Of a stretch of 64,000 nucleotides of DNA, positions 1 to 9,549 are shown one piece after another. Origin of the DNA: an uncultured virus (IMG/VR IMGVR_UViG_2875455138_000005). Lineage: Duplodnaviria > Heunggongvirae > Uroviricota > Caudoviricetes. The stretch lies in the IMG/VR virus record IMGVR_UViG_2875455138_000005, positions 1-64,000 of that record, one strand, 5' to 3'. Each line of letters starts with the position of its first letter. Positions within the stretch are counted from its first letter, which is position 1. The notes under the pieces are model-generated. The model saw nothing but the letters and a program-made list of their open reading frames with translations, did no database searches and was not told where the DNA came from. The translations under genes were made by a program, and so were the position numbers.

Positions 1-16
1 CAAATCCTCTTCGTGG

Positions 17-45
17 TTGACAATTAGACAACAAAATTGTATAGT
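17..45 (+). promoter_or_regulatory. SigA-type promoter
   Basis: TTGACA(17-22)-17 bp-TATAGT(40-45). Confidence 0.7.
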
Positions 46-80
46 AAAATTAACAAGGATAGAAAACAGCATGCTGTAAC

Positions 81-125
81 AAAAAAGGTTTTTCTGGAGT
101 CGCGACCAGAAGAGCCTTTTTTGCT
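81..125. terminator. Bidirectional intrinsic terminator
   Basis: AAAAAAGGTTTTTCTGG...CCAGAAGAGCCTTTTTT hairpin with A/T tracts on both sides. Confidence 0.7.
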
Positions 126-1077
126 TTTTCAATAAACTTATGAATTGAAATAAATATTGGAGTAGCTGGCTTTAGAAGGAATCCCAAAGCTGGACGTATC
201 GAGGTATTTTTTGTATCTCCCACGCGGGATTAAACGGCTACTCTCGTTTAATGAATTCAAAAACAAATTACGAGAAGGAAAGACCCATTATAAGCCTTCT
301 CAATAGCATTTTCAGTCTCTCTTGTCAGGTTACACGCCTTATTGAGAAACAAAGCGTCTCAAACGCTCGCCATTTATTTTGCACAGTTTTCTCTGACCCG
401 TGTAAGGTGGTATGTGCATGGGAATAAGCCTCCATTCAGAACATTGAAGGAGATGAAGTGAAATGGGAGCGGTGATCAAGCGCCCAACAACCATTTCACT
501 TATTTTACGAGTATAGAAGACTCGCAAACCCGGAAAATGTTTATGTGACCGCATAATAAGCATCAAAGCTTACAAGGGCATTATTTAAAGGGAAGGGAGA
601 CGCATCTGCCTTACCTAAGTGCAAGCTGAAGCAATACACCGCAATTAATATTCAGGCTATATGCCACTCATAATAAGACCCTGATGGGATTCAGTCGCAA
701 TTTGCAATAATGCGTTAAGTCTTATCGGCATATTTAGCCCGATAATAGCCATTTACCTGTCTCTTTTAGATACAGACATCCGAGTTAACCTCGAACCCTC
801 ATAAATGACCATTATCCGACTAACCACAATGACCAGTTGTAGCTGTAAAGTCGAATTTAATGCTTTTATTCGTATGAAAGTGAGAATAGACATATTTAGA
901 AAAAGCTTAACCCACGGTGGGGCAATACCCCGCTAATATCCACTTATCCGAAACCCTGGCATTCCAAGTCCTCAAACAAATGAATATTAGCCGAGAACTG
1001 ATATCCCACATATCAGTAAACAGCTTTTTATTGACGACACCCCCATGTCATCAATAAAAGAACTCTAATTAATTAAC

Positions 1078-1228
1078 CTGGAGATAAATGCGGAAGAGGA
1101 TTTGCACCTCTCATGAACGGATTTCAACAACCGTTAGCCAAATCGACTATTATGTAGCTCCGTAGTCTACTTCACAGTACCGTCCTTATGTTCGTCTAAG
1201 CGTCTACCTATTCCGCCACCACATTCAT
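1078..1228 (-). ncRNA. tRNA-like structured RNA with a long internal insertion
   Basis: Minus strand has a D-arm-like GTGGCGGAATAGGTAGACGC, a T-arm-like GAGAGGTGCAAATCCTCT and a closing stem ATGAATGTGG/CCGCATTTAT followed by CTCCA; about 90 nt separate the arms. Confidence 0.45.
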
Positions 1229-1268
1229 AGGTTAAAGAGGGAGAGATACCAATCCTTCATTTTATATA

Positions 1269-1544
1269 TTAAGCTTTCACTGCGTCTTTTAGAGCTTTAG
1301 CAGCCTTAAATGCAGGTGCCTTTGTAGCCGGAATATCAATTTCCTCACCCGATTGTGGATTTCTCCCTTTACGAGCTGCACGTTCACGAACTTCAAACGT
1401 TCCAACTCCTGGAATCTTGATTGATTCACCTTTTGTAAGTGTTTCAACGATCACATTAAATACTGCTTCTACTTTAGGCGCAGCTTCTTTCTTAGTAACT
1501 CCTAATTTTTCTGCAACTTCTCCAACAAATTCTGTTTTGTTCAT
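1269..1544 (-). CDS. yonN: HU-like histone-like DNA-binding protein
   Basis: MNKTEF...GTFEVRERAARKGRNPQSGEEIDIPA HU signature; synteny. Confidence 0.95.
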   Translation of the reverse strand: MNKTEFVGEVAEKLGVTKKEAAPKVEAVFNVIVETLTKGESIKIPGVGTFEVRERAARKGRNPQSGEEIDIPATKAPAFKAAKALKDAVKA

Positions 1545-1800
1545 GTTTTAATTCCTCCTAGTGATATTGTTTATTTTTGTGTTAAAGTATAATTACGGTA
1601 ACGTTTATGCTTCTTTGAAAAACGGGAGACGTACTCACCCTTATATGTGGAAATTAGCTTTCTTTCTCCCTTATGGCGATTATCTCAAAAGGGGCTTTCA
1701 GACCAGTCATATCAAGGGTTCAAGGCGCTTTTTTCGTTAAACTTTTTCCGGTAAAATCGCTGTACCCCTTGGGGGAGTAAGGCTCAGGGCACTTTCTATT

Positions 1801-2442
1801 CTAGGACATTCTTTGTTTTCTTTTGCTATTCCTCCAAGAGGTTCTGAGTTTTTCCTTAGAGCATTTGTCACATAACTTCTTTTTATTTGATTTGGTTTTA
1901 TATAGTTTATTGCATGATAAACAAATTTTGGTTGATTTTAAATTGACTTCTAGGTTTTTAAGAATGTTTTCACCGAAACACTCCCACAAAGTTGCCTTAA
2001 ACTTACTCTTTTTCTTGTATAGGTGCTTAACTAAAACATCAGTAACATATTGCTCGTCTTGATGAATCTTCAATAACCTGTCTTTAATGACCTTATAGAC
2101 ATAAAGTTTTTGTCCAGGCTTGATGTCTTCATCATTCATGAGCCATTTCTTGTTTTGGTCTAATCGTTTGTATTCACGAATAATTGCATCGTCCAACTTA
2201 ATCTCCTTGTTCTTGAGCAGGAAACGATAATCAAATTTTCCTGCTACTGCTGCGAAATTAATTCGGTCAGAAGGGATAATGGAGTCTAACTTATTTACTG
2301 TGCTTTCATTAATTAACTCAACGCTATGTTCTTCTTTATCCTTTGCATTGATGAAGAAGTGGGGTACTTTATTTTTTATGTAATCTTTAATTTTTTCATC
2401 AACATGATCAGGACGGGTGGGCATGAATAAGGTTTTTGCGAA
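1801..2442 (-). CDS. yonO: YonO-like RNA polymerase, exon 2
   Basis: Reads [13 protein letters not shown]... from 2442, immediately after the intron terminal G at 2443; C-terminal CxxC...CxxC; in frame with exon 1 after splicing. Confidence 0.88.
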   Translation of the reverse strand, partial: FAKTLFMPTRPDHVDEKIKDYIKNKVPHFFINAKDKEEHSVELINESTVNKLDSIIPSDRINFAAVAGKFDYRFLLKNKEIKLDDAIIREYKRLDQNKKWLMNDEDIKPGQKLYVYKVIKDRLLKIHQDEQYVTDVLVKHLYKKKSKFKATLWECFGENILKNLEVNLKSTKICLSCNKLYKTKSNKKKLCDKCSKEKLRTSWRNSKRKQRMS

Positions 2443-3733
2443 CTTTGATACCCTCGGTTTCCCGATATTTTATTAGGGAATAGACCATATCATCATCTGT
2501 GCTAGACAGATGGTCAGCGCTTCATAATAAGGAATTTCACCTTATTATTACTCCATAAAGGATGGTCGTTGCACCTTCATTTACAAGTGCTTCCCAGCAT
2601 GATGTAAACGCTTGGCACAGGGTTTTCATATAATACATTCTACATTCATTTTACATTTTTATAGGTTCTTCCTTGTTTAATTCCATAGACAACATTGGGT
2701 TTTATGTTACACATTTTTGCAACATGGGGTGCTGATAACCCTTTTTTAAGAAGTTCTCTTATGCGAAATACTTCTTTTGGAGTAAGAGTGCTTTTCTTCT
2801 TGCTTTTGTATTTAAGAATAAAGTCGTCCCACCCAGTAACATGAATATGATTCCATACTTTACACTCTAATATTGATTTAACGATGGGGTAGGAAACACA
2901 CATTGACTTTGATACTTCGGACATCTTTTCTCCATTAATCAAACGAACTTTTATCTCGTATGCTTTCGTTTCATTTATTTTTGAGGATTTATTTTTTGAC
3001 CCTAAATGAGACTGACGCATCTTTAATCTAGATTCTGGCGAATGCCTTTTATTCATTCTAGATTGTAAAAGCTTTTCCTTATGCTGCGGAGAGAGCTTTC
3101 TGCCAATTCTCGCTTTACTCATTTTGGCTTTAGTCTCATCACTAAGCTTTCTTCCGGTGTTATTAATCCTATTCTTTTCCCCAATAATTCTTTTGGTGGA
3201 GTCAGACATCTTACAATTACTCTTGCCCTCTCCGCCGGTGGTCATGTTAAAGCCATTTAAATAGGCACCTAGTTCATTTATGTAGTGAGTTTCTAATTCG
3301 TTCATATCTGAGTTTGGATCAACTGTTTGCAATACATGAAATTGGAAATCGTTTTCTCCATATTTATTCCAGGTATTCTGCAAATGTCGATTACAGTGCG
3401 AATTGTTTTTCAGCTTCCAAGTGTGATGCCAGTAACGCTTAATAAATTTCATCTTAGTTTTCCCCACATATATTAAGCCGGTGCTTATCTGCTCAATCTT
3501 ATATATCCCACTCAAATATTTATGCTCATCCTCATTTATAAACTTCACTTTGTCACCCCCTTGTTTTAAATATCATTGTTCAAAAATGTAAAATGTATTA
3601 ATTAGAATTCCCCTGTTAGCACACTCATTGACGATCATTTCCTATCGCTACTTTTCGCTGAATGTACACCCTAGATTTCTAGGTTCACTGACTTTTCATC
3701 CGCATATCGCTATGCGACGCGACTATAAATTTA
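2443..3733 (-). ncRNA. Group I intron (IA-like) interrupting yonO, about 1291 nt
   Basis: 5' exon ends in U within P1 CGAUUA/UAGUCG (U-G wobble); P3 GUCAGUG/CGCUGAC; P/Q GCUAACAGGGG...AACCCUGUGCCAAG; P7 GACCA/UGGUC within GCAACGACCAUC and GAUAUGGUCUA; ends in G; removal restores the frame (~838 aa). Confidence 0.9.
2646..3548 (-). CDS. Intron-encoded GIY-YIG homing endonuclease with NUMOD3-like repeats
   Basis: SGIYKI...IYVGKT...RY..H motif; repeats KLSDETKAKMS, KLSPQHKEKL, HSPESRLKMRQSHLG. Confidence 0.92.
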   Translation of the reverse strand: MKFINEDEHKYLSGIYKIEQISTGLIYVGKTKMKFIKRYWHHTWKLKNNSHCNRHLQNTWNKYGENDFQFHVLQTVDPNSDMNELETHYINELGAYLNGFNMTTGGEGKSNCKMSDSTKRIIGEKNRINNTGRKLSDETKAKMSKARIGRKLSPQHKEKLLQSRMNKRHSPESRLKMRQSHLGSKNKSSKINETKAYEIKVRLINGEKMSEVSKSMCVSYPIVKSILECKVWNHIHVTGWDDFILKYKSKKKSTLTPKEVFRIRELLKKGLSAPHVAKMCNIKPNVVYGIKQGRTYKNVK

Positions 3734-5608
3734 ATCGATAGTAAAGTTATTTTCCATGCATAACCATTTGATCACATCCAGATTTATATTGTCGCTGTTC
3801 CATATCTTAGTGATGTTGTTGCTGTATTCCCCGATATTGATCCCATAAGCAAGAGTTAGTGCTTCATATATGTTCCTGCTATTAATCTCTTGTTTTTGTG
3901 CTACTGACATTTCATAATACAAAGGAACGATGTTCTCCATATTACGCTTGGCAATATTGACGATTAACTCATCAGAAATAATTAAGGCCTTATCCCCGTC
4001 ATTGTCAAACTGCAGCAACTTAGATATCGGATCATGAATGCTTGTGTAAACACCTGGGGTAATAAACCACTTTTCATATTCCTCATCTTTTTTGTTCCAC
4101 CTAACACCATGCTCTCTGAATAGGTGAGGGGAGCGGAGGATGTCAATATACCCTTCATCATATAAAGAACAATGGACATCATTTCCTGAAAGTAGTCCTT
4201 TTGGATTCTGGATATTCAGAAATAACTTTTCGCAGAAAGCATACAGATCAGGACATAAATATGTATAACGAGCACCATCCACAAGCAATTTTCCTGATTT
4301 GGCATCTTTAATCATGCTTTTCTTTTTATTTTTAATAATTTCTTTCGTGTGATCATCGTTAAGAAGTTCTGGATATAGAAGTAAAGCGTCCTGAAGAGCT
4401 GTCCGATGTTTCTTTTTCTCCGTAGCTCCAAGAACTCTTAACATGGTCTCTTTATCAGTTCCCAATGTGGTTATCTCTTTTACAGTCTTTGAGCTCATCT
4501 GAATTAATTCTTCATCTGAGATATCTGTAAGTGTCTGAAGCATTTGATAAGTGAGTTTACCTTCAACAGAAGGGTCTTCTTCGTTGAGTTTAGCCTCTAA
4601 GCATCCATATTTTTTGTAATTGCCTTGATATTCTTCCCACGATGAATAATACTTCCACATTTTAAACTGACTTTTAGTGAAGATAATTTGAACATCATCT
4701 TTCACTACGTCCCATTCCTTGCCGTATATATCAGTTACTTTAAAAGCTTTGTTTTCCTCAGCAAATTTACGAAAATCAAAAGGGACTAATAAACCCTTTA
4801 CCCACGGGAGCCTTACCATGAAGCTTTTACGACTTAGAGTGGGGAGTATCATTCCGCAGCCATCTGTATGCTCAATGGGAATGTTCATTGTTTTTCGTGT
4901 GATTTCGTAGGTGTCTCGGTCAATATAGTCAACAAGGCTTGATACATCCGTTTCTAGGTCGTTGACAACAATTGCTTTATCAATATCGATCTCCCAAGGG
5001 CTACTGGCGCTGTTTGATAGGGCCATATAGCTATTCCATTTGTTAATGCTGCTCCCTCCAAGGGAATTAATCTTTTCAATGCTCAAGCCACAGGTCAAAG
5101 CATCCTGATACTTGTCGTAGGTGCTTTTTTTAATGAAACATGATTTCTTTGTGCGAATTTGACCGGCGCTACTCGTGAAATAAACGTATTTTTCATTGTT
5201 ATGTAAAAATCCTTGATCAATAATGTCTTTCAATACCTCAAAATGATAAGTCTGGACAACCATGATTTCCTCAGAAAGGGTGTTTTCTTTAATCCCGAGG
5301 GTTCGAGTTAACACTGAATCAAATAATGAAATCACTTTGTTGTCTCTTAAACTGTCAGTTCGAAGTGTTCTTATGTCATTATGTTCATCGAATGCGGAAT
5401 AGAGGCATTCTTTAAGGTATGTAATTCTTTGCGAAATGTATTTCTTATGTCTATTATGTACACTATCTAATGTCTTAAGATAATCTCTGTATCTATAAGA
5501 CTTCAAAATCCTATTATGTAATGAATTTTCTTTGTCATTATAAAATGCTGATGTGTCCACACTGTATATGTGAACTTGCTTAGACAATCCATCCTTTTTT
5601 CTTTTCAA
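3734..5608 (-). CDS. yonO: YonO-like single-subunit RNA polymerase, exon 1
   Basis: RdRP-like motifs TDGCG, RSPHL and catalytic FDNDGD; position relative to HU. Confidence 0.92.
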
Positions 5609-5648
5609 CCAATCCCCTCCGTATATTTTATTTTTACTCTAAAAGTGC

Positions 5649-5828
5649 TTAATATTCGCTATTAAGATATTGATTTACTAAACTTCGATATGTAAAGCTT
5701 TGTTTTTTAATCTTTCCGTACCATTTGTAATCCTGATAAAGGTGTTCTTCTTCGGGTGTTGCTGTCCCATCGACTACTTTTCCCTCAATAAACCCCATTA
5801 AATGACTAAATAAATACTGCTTTTTCAT
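5649..5828 (-). CDS. yonP: Small hypothetical protein (59 aa; missing from ORF track)
   Basis: GGAGGTG RBS, MKKQYLFSHLMGFIEGK...; located directly upstream of yonO. Confidence 0.6.
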   Translation of the reverse strand: MKKQYLFSHLMGFIEGKVVDGTATPEEEHLYQDYKWYGKIKKQSFTYRSLVNQYLNSEY

Positions 5829-5947
5829 CTTACACCTCCATACTATTTTATTTTTATTCTTAAAATGATTAAAATAAAGACCACTTCATGTGGTTGTGTT
5901 TTTATTATATATTTTATTTTTACTCTTGTAAACATAAAAATCCAAAG

Positions 5948-6184
5948 TTAATTGGATTTAATTTCGATTAATTCAAAAAGATCGTCAACTTTACAATTTA
6001 GAATATGTGCCATCAATAAAAGATTGTATGTACTAGGGAGGACGGTTGCAAATCCCTCGCTGTCATTTTTACACCATCTAGATATACTTGCTCTTTCAGC
6101 TTTTATTTGCTCTGCTAACCAGCCTTTTTCGATACCTTTGCTGCTTAGAAATGAATCCAACTTACTTTTAACCCTATATTCCAT
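5948..6184 (-). CDS. Xre/Cro-type HTH regulator
   Basis: WLAEQI..RASISRW..N..LLMAHILNCKVDDLF HTH pattern; divergent from the tubRZ-like operon. Confidence 0.85.
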   Translation of the reverse strand: MEYRVKSKLDSFLSSKGIEKGWLAEQIKAERASISRWCKNDSEGFATVLPSTYNLLLMAHILNCKVDDLFELIEIKSN

Positions 6185-6362
6185 TTAAATCATCCTTTTG
6201 CTGTTTGAATAAATTTTATAAAATGACTGGTTTACATACAAGCAGAGTGTAGTTATTTGCATTAAGATACAAAAATATTTGCATTTAAATACAAATAAAC
6301 AATATAATAATCGTAGATCAACCAAGATACTTCAAAATCACAAGATATTAAGGAGGGGTCAC

Positions 6363-6647
6363 ATGGATACTTATTTTGATTCAGTAATTGACAACTTAAC
6401 TCGAAATGATTTGTATATTCTAGGCTTATTGAGCGATGAAGGGGCTGATTTAAAGTTTAAATCAATTAGGAAGAAAACCATTCAAGCAAAAACTCAGTTA
6501 ACTGATGCTACCTTTAGAAAGAGCATAGATCGTTTAGAGGCCTTGCAGTTTATTAATATAGTTAAAAACAGTAAAGAGCATACAGTTTTTATTACTCAAT
6601 ATGGACAAGAAGCTTTGAGATATCAATTAGAAGGGGAGAGGGTTTAA
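6363..6647 (+). CDS. Winged-helix DNA-binding protein, TubR-like adaptor
   Basis: AGGAGGGG RBS; wHTH pattern (TQLTDATFRKSIDRLEALQFI...VFITQYG); stop overlaps the tubulin gene start. Confidence 0.65.
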   Translation: MDTYFDSVIDNLTRNDLYILGLLSDEGADLKFKSIRKKTIQAKTQLTDATFRKSIDRLEALQFINIVKNSKEHTVFITQYGQEALRYQLEGERV

Positions 6648-7759
6648 TGTTTGGCTTTATTGGAATTGGGCAGGCCGGTGGAAGTGTAGCAGATGAAGCG
6701 ATGAAGAGAGGATTTCATTCTGTCGCAATAAATTATTCACTTTCAGACCTTAATTCATTGATCAATATTCAAGATAAGCTTCATCTGGTAGGGACAGAAG
6801 GAGTAGGTAAAGACAGAAACGTAGCAGCGAAACATATGAAAAATAACTGGGAGTCCTCTATTGAGTTTATAAAGAACACAATGGAAAAACCTTCAGTACA
6901 AGTTATTTTTGTTGTTTTCTCTGCAGCTGGTGGAACCGGTTCAGGGGTAGCTCCTATATTATTAGAATTGTTAAACGAATACCTTGCTCATAAAACCATA
7001 GTCGCTGTTCCAATCCTTCCTGACAACAATGAGGTACTGGTTAACCAGATGAATTCACTGGAGCTACTTGAAGACTTATCTATGCCAGAGACATGTGTTT
7101 TACCTTTGGATAATCAAATGGTTTTGAGTAAACATGAAGGAAACATCTCTGAGAGTAGGCTTTACAAGGAGACAAACAAGCTGTTCCTGGATTTAATTGA
7201 AGTCTTACTTAATTACACGGACAGAGGATCCAAGATCAGCACACTAGACAGGAAGGATTTAAATCAGCTTTTTGATACGCCAGGAATCATGACTATTGCC
7301 CAAACAAACCTCAATGAATTTACAAATGAGGGCAAGTATTTTGATAAGCTGCATGAAGATATACAGAAGTCGTGGAACAATTCGATATTTACTCCTGTTG
7401 AGTTTACAAATGTGATGAGAGCTGGAGTTATCCTAGATGTTCATGAGTTCTTAACGGAGCATATATCGTATAATGAGCTGTTTAATGTCTTTGATAACAA
7501 GATGCCTTTAGACTTATTTAAGGGGCATTATGATAAAGGTAATAGGGCGATAACGATTCTTAGCGGGTTAACCTGGATCAATGAACGGATGAAGCAGTTA
7601 GATGATTTAATTGAAAATGGAAACACTGAAGTTAAAGAAACAACTGTTTATAAAGCGAAGAATCGCCGTAGAAAGGATTTATTCAAGCCGAGGAAGCTAG
7701 AGAACAAGGAATCGAAAAAGACCTCGTATATGGAGGCACTGAAGAGACTAAAGCGCTAA
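6647..7759 (+). CDS. Tubulin/FtsZ-family GTPase, TubZ-like
   Basis: GIGQAGG, GVGKDR, tubulin signature AAGGTGSG, LDN, T7-like LDRKD; basic C-terminal tail. Confidence 0.9.
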   Translation: MFGFIGIGQAGGSVADEAMKRGFHSVAINYSLSDLNSLINIQDKLHLVGTEGVGKDRNVAAKHMKNNWESSIEFIKNTMEKPSVQVIFVVFSAAGGTGSGVAPILLELLNEYLAHKTIVAVPILPDNNEVLVNQMNSLELLEDLSMPETCVLPLDNQMVLSKHEGNISESRLYKETNKLFLDLIEVLLNYTDRGSKISTLDRKDLNQLFDTPGIMTIAQTNLNEFTNEGKYFDKLHEDIQKSWNNSIFTPVEFTNVMRAGVILDVHEFLTEHISYNELFNVFDNKMPLDLFKGHYDKGNRAITILSGLTWINERMKQLDDLIENGNTEVKETTVYKAKNRRRKDLFKPRKLENKESKKTSYMEALKRLKR

Positions 7760-7770
7760 TTTTAAAGGGA

Positions 7771-7799
7771 AGCTGCCTACTAAGGTGGCTTTTTATTTT
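7771..7799 (+). terminator. Intrinsic terminator
   Basis: AAGCTGCC-TACTAA-GGTGGCTT followed by a T tract. Confidence 0.65.
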
Positions 7800-8179
7800 G
7801 ATTTTTTATGACCCCCCTTAGTGATCGTGAGCTAAAAAAGTGCGTATCGTGAATGAAGATCGGAAAGGGTTAATTAGTTGATATAGCAATGTTTTAGAGC
7901 TGTCAAAGGGGATAATAGGTGTTTTGTGATCGTAAAACGTAGACAGGAGAGAGGAAAAGTGGACGTTGAGTTAAAAATTTGATGAAAAAGGGAAGAATGA
8001 GGGGTAGAAAAACATTGATACTATAGGCTTTTACGATAGCGATTACGATGTGAAAATAGGCTGAAAAATGGGAAAGTGAAAAAATAAGTTGGGTGTGGAA
8101 ATGGAAGTGCTAGGGGTACATTTGTTCCTGTTTTTTAGCCTTTAGATGTTAATATACCCCCTATATATTGGTATTGAAT

Positions 8180-8207
8180 TCCCTATATAAGATACGTTAT
8201 GTAGGGT
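8180..8207. other. dif-like tyrosine recombinase site
   Basis: TCCCTATATAA-GATACG-TTATGTAGGGT: two inverted 11-bp arms with a 6-bp spacer; right arm begins TTATGTA like the Bacillus dif RipX arm. Confidence 0.55.
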
Positions 8208-8749
8208 TTTTATGATTTGGCTGATAAATTTAGACTTCTAACACAATTTCAAATGAAAAACAATATTTATTTTTGAAAAAATAATAAAGCGGTCAATTTA
8301 AAAGTGAATACCCATTCATTAAAAATAATCGTGTGTATAACGAAGGGGAATGAATCGAAGTGTTATCTATCCTATATAATTTTCATCTAATCCACACACA
8401 CCTATTTTATATTCACTTTAATCATATTCCTTCATCTCGTTACATCCACCATTACATATCCTCATCTTGCCTAATCATCTCCATCCAATTCCTTCACCAC
8501 ACATCATCATATATCCATCCCATAACACACTAACAACACCATCAGAAGCATTCTAATACACCTATAATCAATTTTAATTTAATCATAGTATCATTGGTAT
8601 CCAATCCACATACACGCCTTATACAGCCTATAAACACCCATAAATAATAGTCCAAAATAATTGAAAAAAATCCATATTTAGAGTAAAAATAAAATGAATT
8701 TGTAGGGGAAATGTGATATAATAGAGTTATAGGAAAGGAGGTGAAAAGA

Positions 8750-8929
8750 GTGCTTGAGAAAGTGGGTATAACAATTGCTTTCCTTATTCCTATCACGGTT
8801 TTAATCATCAACTGTTTAACGATAGCTGAGAAGATTCAAAACCTGATGAAGAATAAGAAAAGCAAAAAGAAAAAGCGTACACGCAAGCGTCTCCGACCAG
8901 AGAGACAACGCAAACGTATACGCCGATAA
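8750..8929 (+). CDS. yonT: Type I toxin YonT
   Basis: MLEKVGITIAFLIPITVLII hydrophobic helix plus very basic tail RKRLRPERQRKRIRR; strong AAGGAGGTG RBS. Confidence 0.88.
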   Translation: MLEKVGITIAFLIPITVLIINCLTIAEKIQNLMKNKKSKKKKRTRKRLRPERQRKRIRR

Positions 8930-8964
8930 ACCTCTAAAGGGGATTAAGTTCCCCTTTAGTTACT
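8865..8964 (-). ncRNA. SR6-like antisense antitoxin RNA (ends approximate)
   Basis: Minus-strand promoter TTTACA(8998-8993)-16 bp-TATAAT(8976-8971) firing across the yonT 3' end; hairpin CTAAAGGGGA...TCCCCTTTAG. Confidence 0.6.
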
Positions 8965-8978
8965 ACCCATATTATAAC

Positions 8979-9182
8979 ATGGACAAGCACATTGTAAATA
9001 TGAAACGATTCTCATTATGGTTTACGAACATAACATTTATTGTTTTATTCTTATTGTTCCTCTTCATCAAAGATTACTTCAGCAGCGGAACACAGTCGCT
9101 TATTACAGGTATCTTCATAGTAACGTGTATCATCATCATTTTATTATGGATCGCTTACTTTGTATACGCCAAAAGAAGGTAA
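8979..9182 (+). CDS. yoyJ: Two-TM small membrane protein
   Basis: Two hydrophobic helices; directly downstream of yonT. Confidence 0.65.
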   Translation: MDKHIVNMKRFSLWFTNITFIVLFLLFLFIKDYFSSGTQSLITGIFIVTCIIIILLWIAYFVYAKRR

Positions 9183-9223
9183 ACAAATCTAGCTAACATC
9201 ATGCTATACTAAGCGTATTAGAG

Positions 9224-9469
9224 GTGAGCGGAATGGAAAAGATACTTGAAGCAATACAGCAACTTTCCAGGGATATTAACACAATTAAGCAGGACGTTAA
9301 GGATATTAAAGAAACGGTTAAACGAATCGAAGAAAATGAGCCTGAAGAGGTTGTATCCATGCTTAAGATTATTAACAAGAATATTGAAAGTGACCACCGA
9401 TACAATGATAAGAAATTTTCTGGACTTGAAAGACGTATTCATGATCTTGAAGAAAGAATCAACAATTGA
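9224..9469 (+). CDS. Small coiled-coil protein
   Basis: ORF with RBS; heptad pattern. Confidence 0.7.
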   Translation: MSGMEKILEAIQQLSRDINTIKQDVKDIKETVKRIEENEPEEVVSMLKIINKNIESDHRYNDKKFSGLERRIHDLEERINN

Positions 9470-9549
9470 ATTTCATATATGAGAAGGAGCGGTAAAATAT
9501 TTATCCGTTCCTTTATTTTTAATATTAAAGGGGGAAGTCTATATTTATT

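Noticed and set aside
339..566. 75-aa minus-strand ORF
   Set aside because: No clear RBS or recognisable motif, and it lies in a region better explained as structured RNA.
1078..1228. Canonical tRNA gene
   Set aside because: There is no 7-nt anticodon loop at the proper spacing; kept only as tRNA-like.
1801..5608. yonO as a broken pseudogene
   Set aside because: The interruption has group I intron hallmarks and splicing restores the frame.
6647..7759. Host cell-division ftsZ
   Set aside because: Highly divergent, lacks the FtsZ C-terminal peptide and dcw context, and is coupled to a wHTH gene.
8542..8811. 89-aa minus-strand ORF
   Set aside because: It overlaps the yonT promoter and 5' end, and arises from compositionally skewed non-coding DNA.
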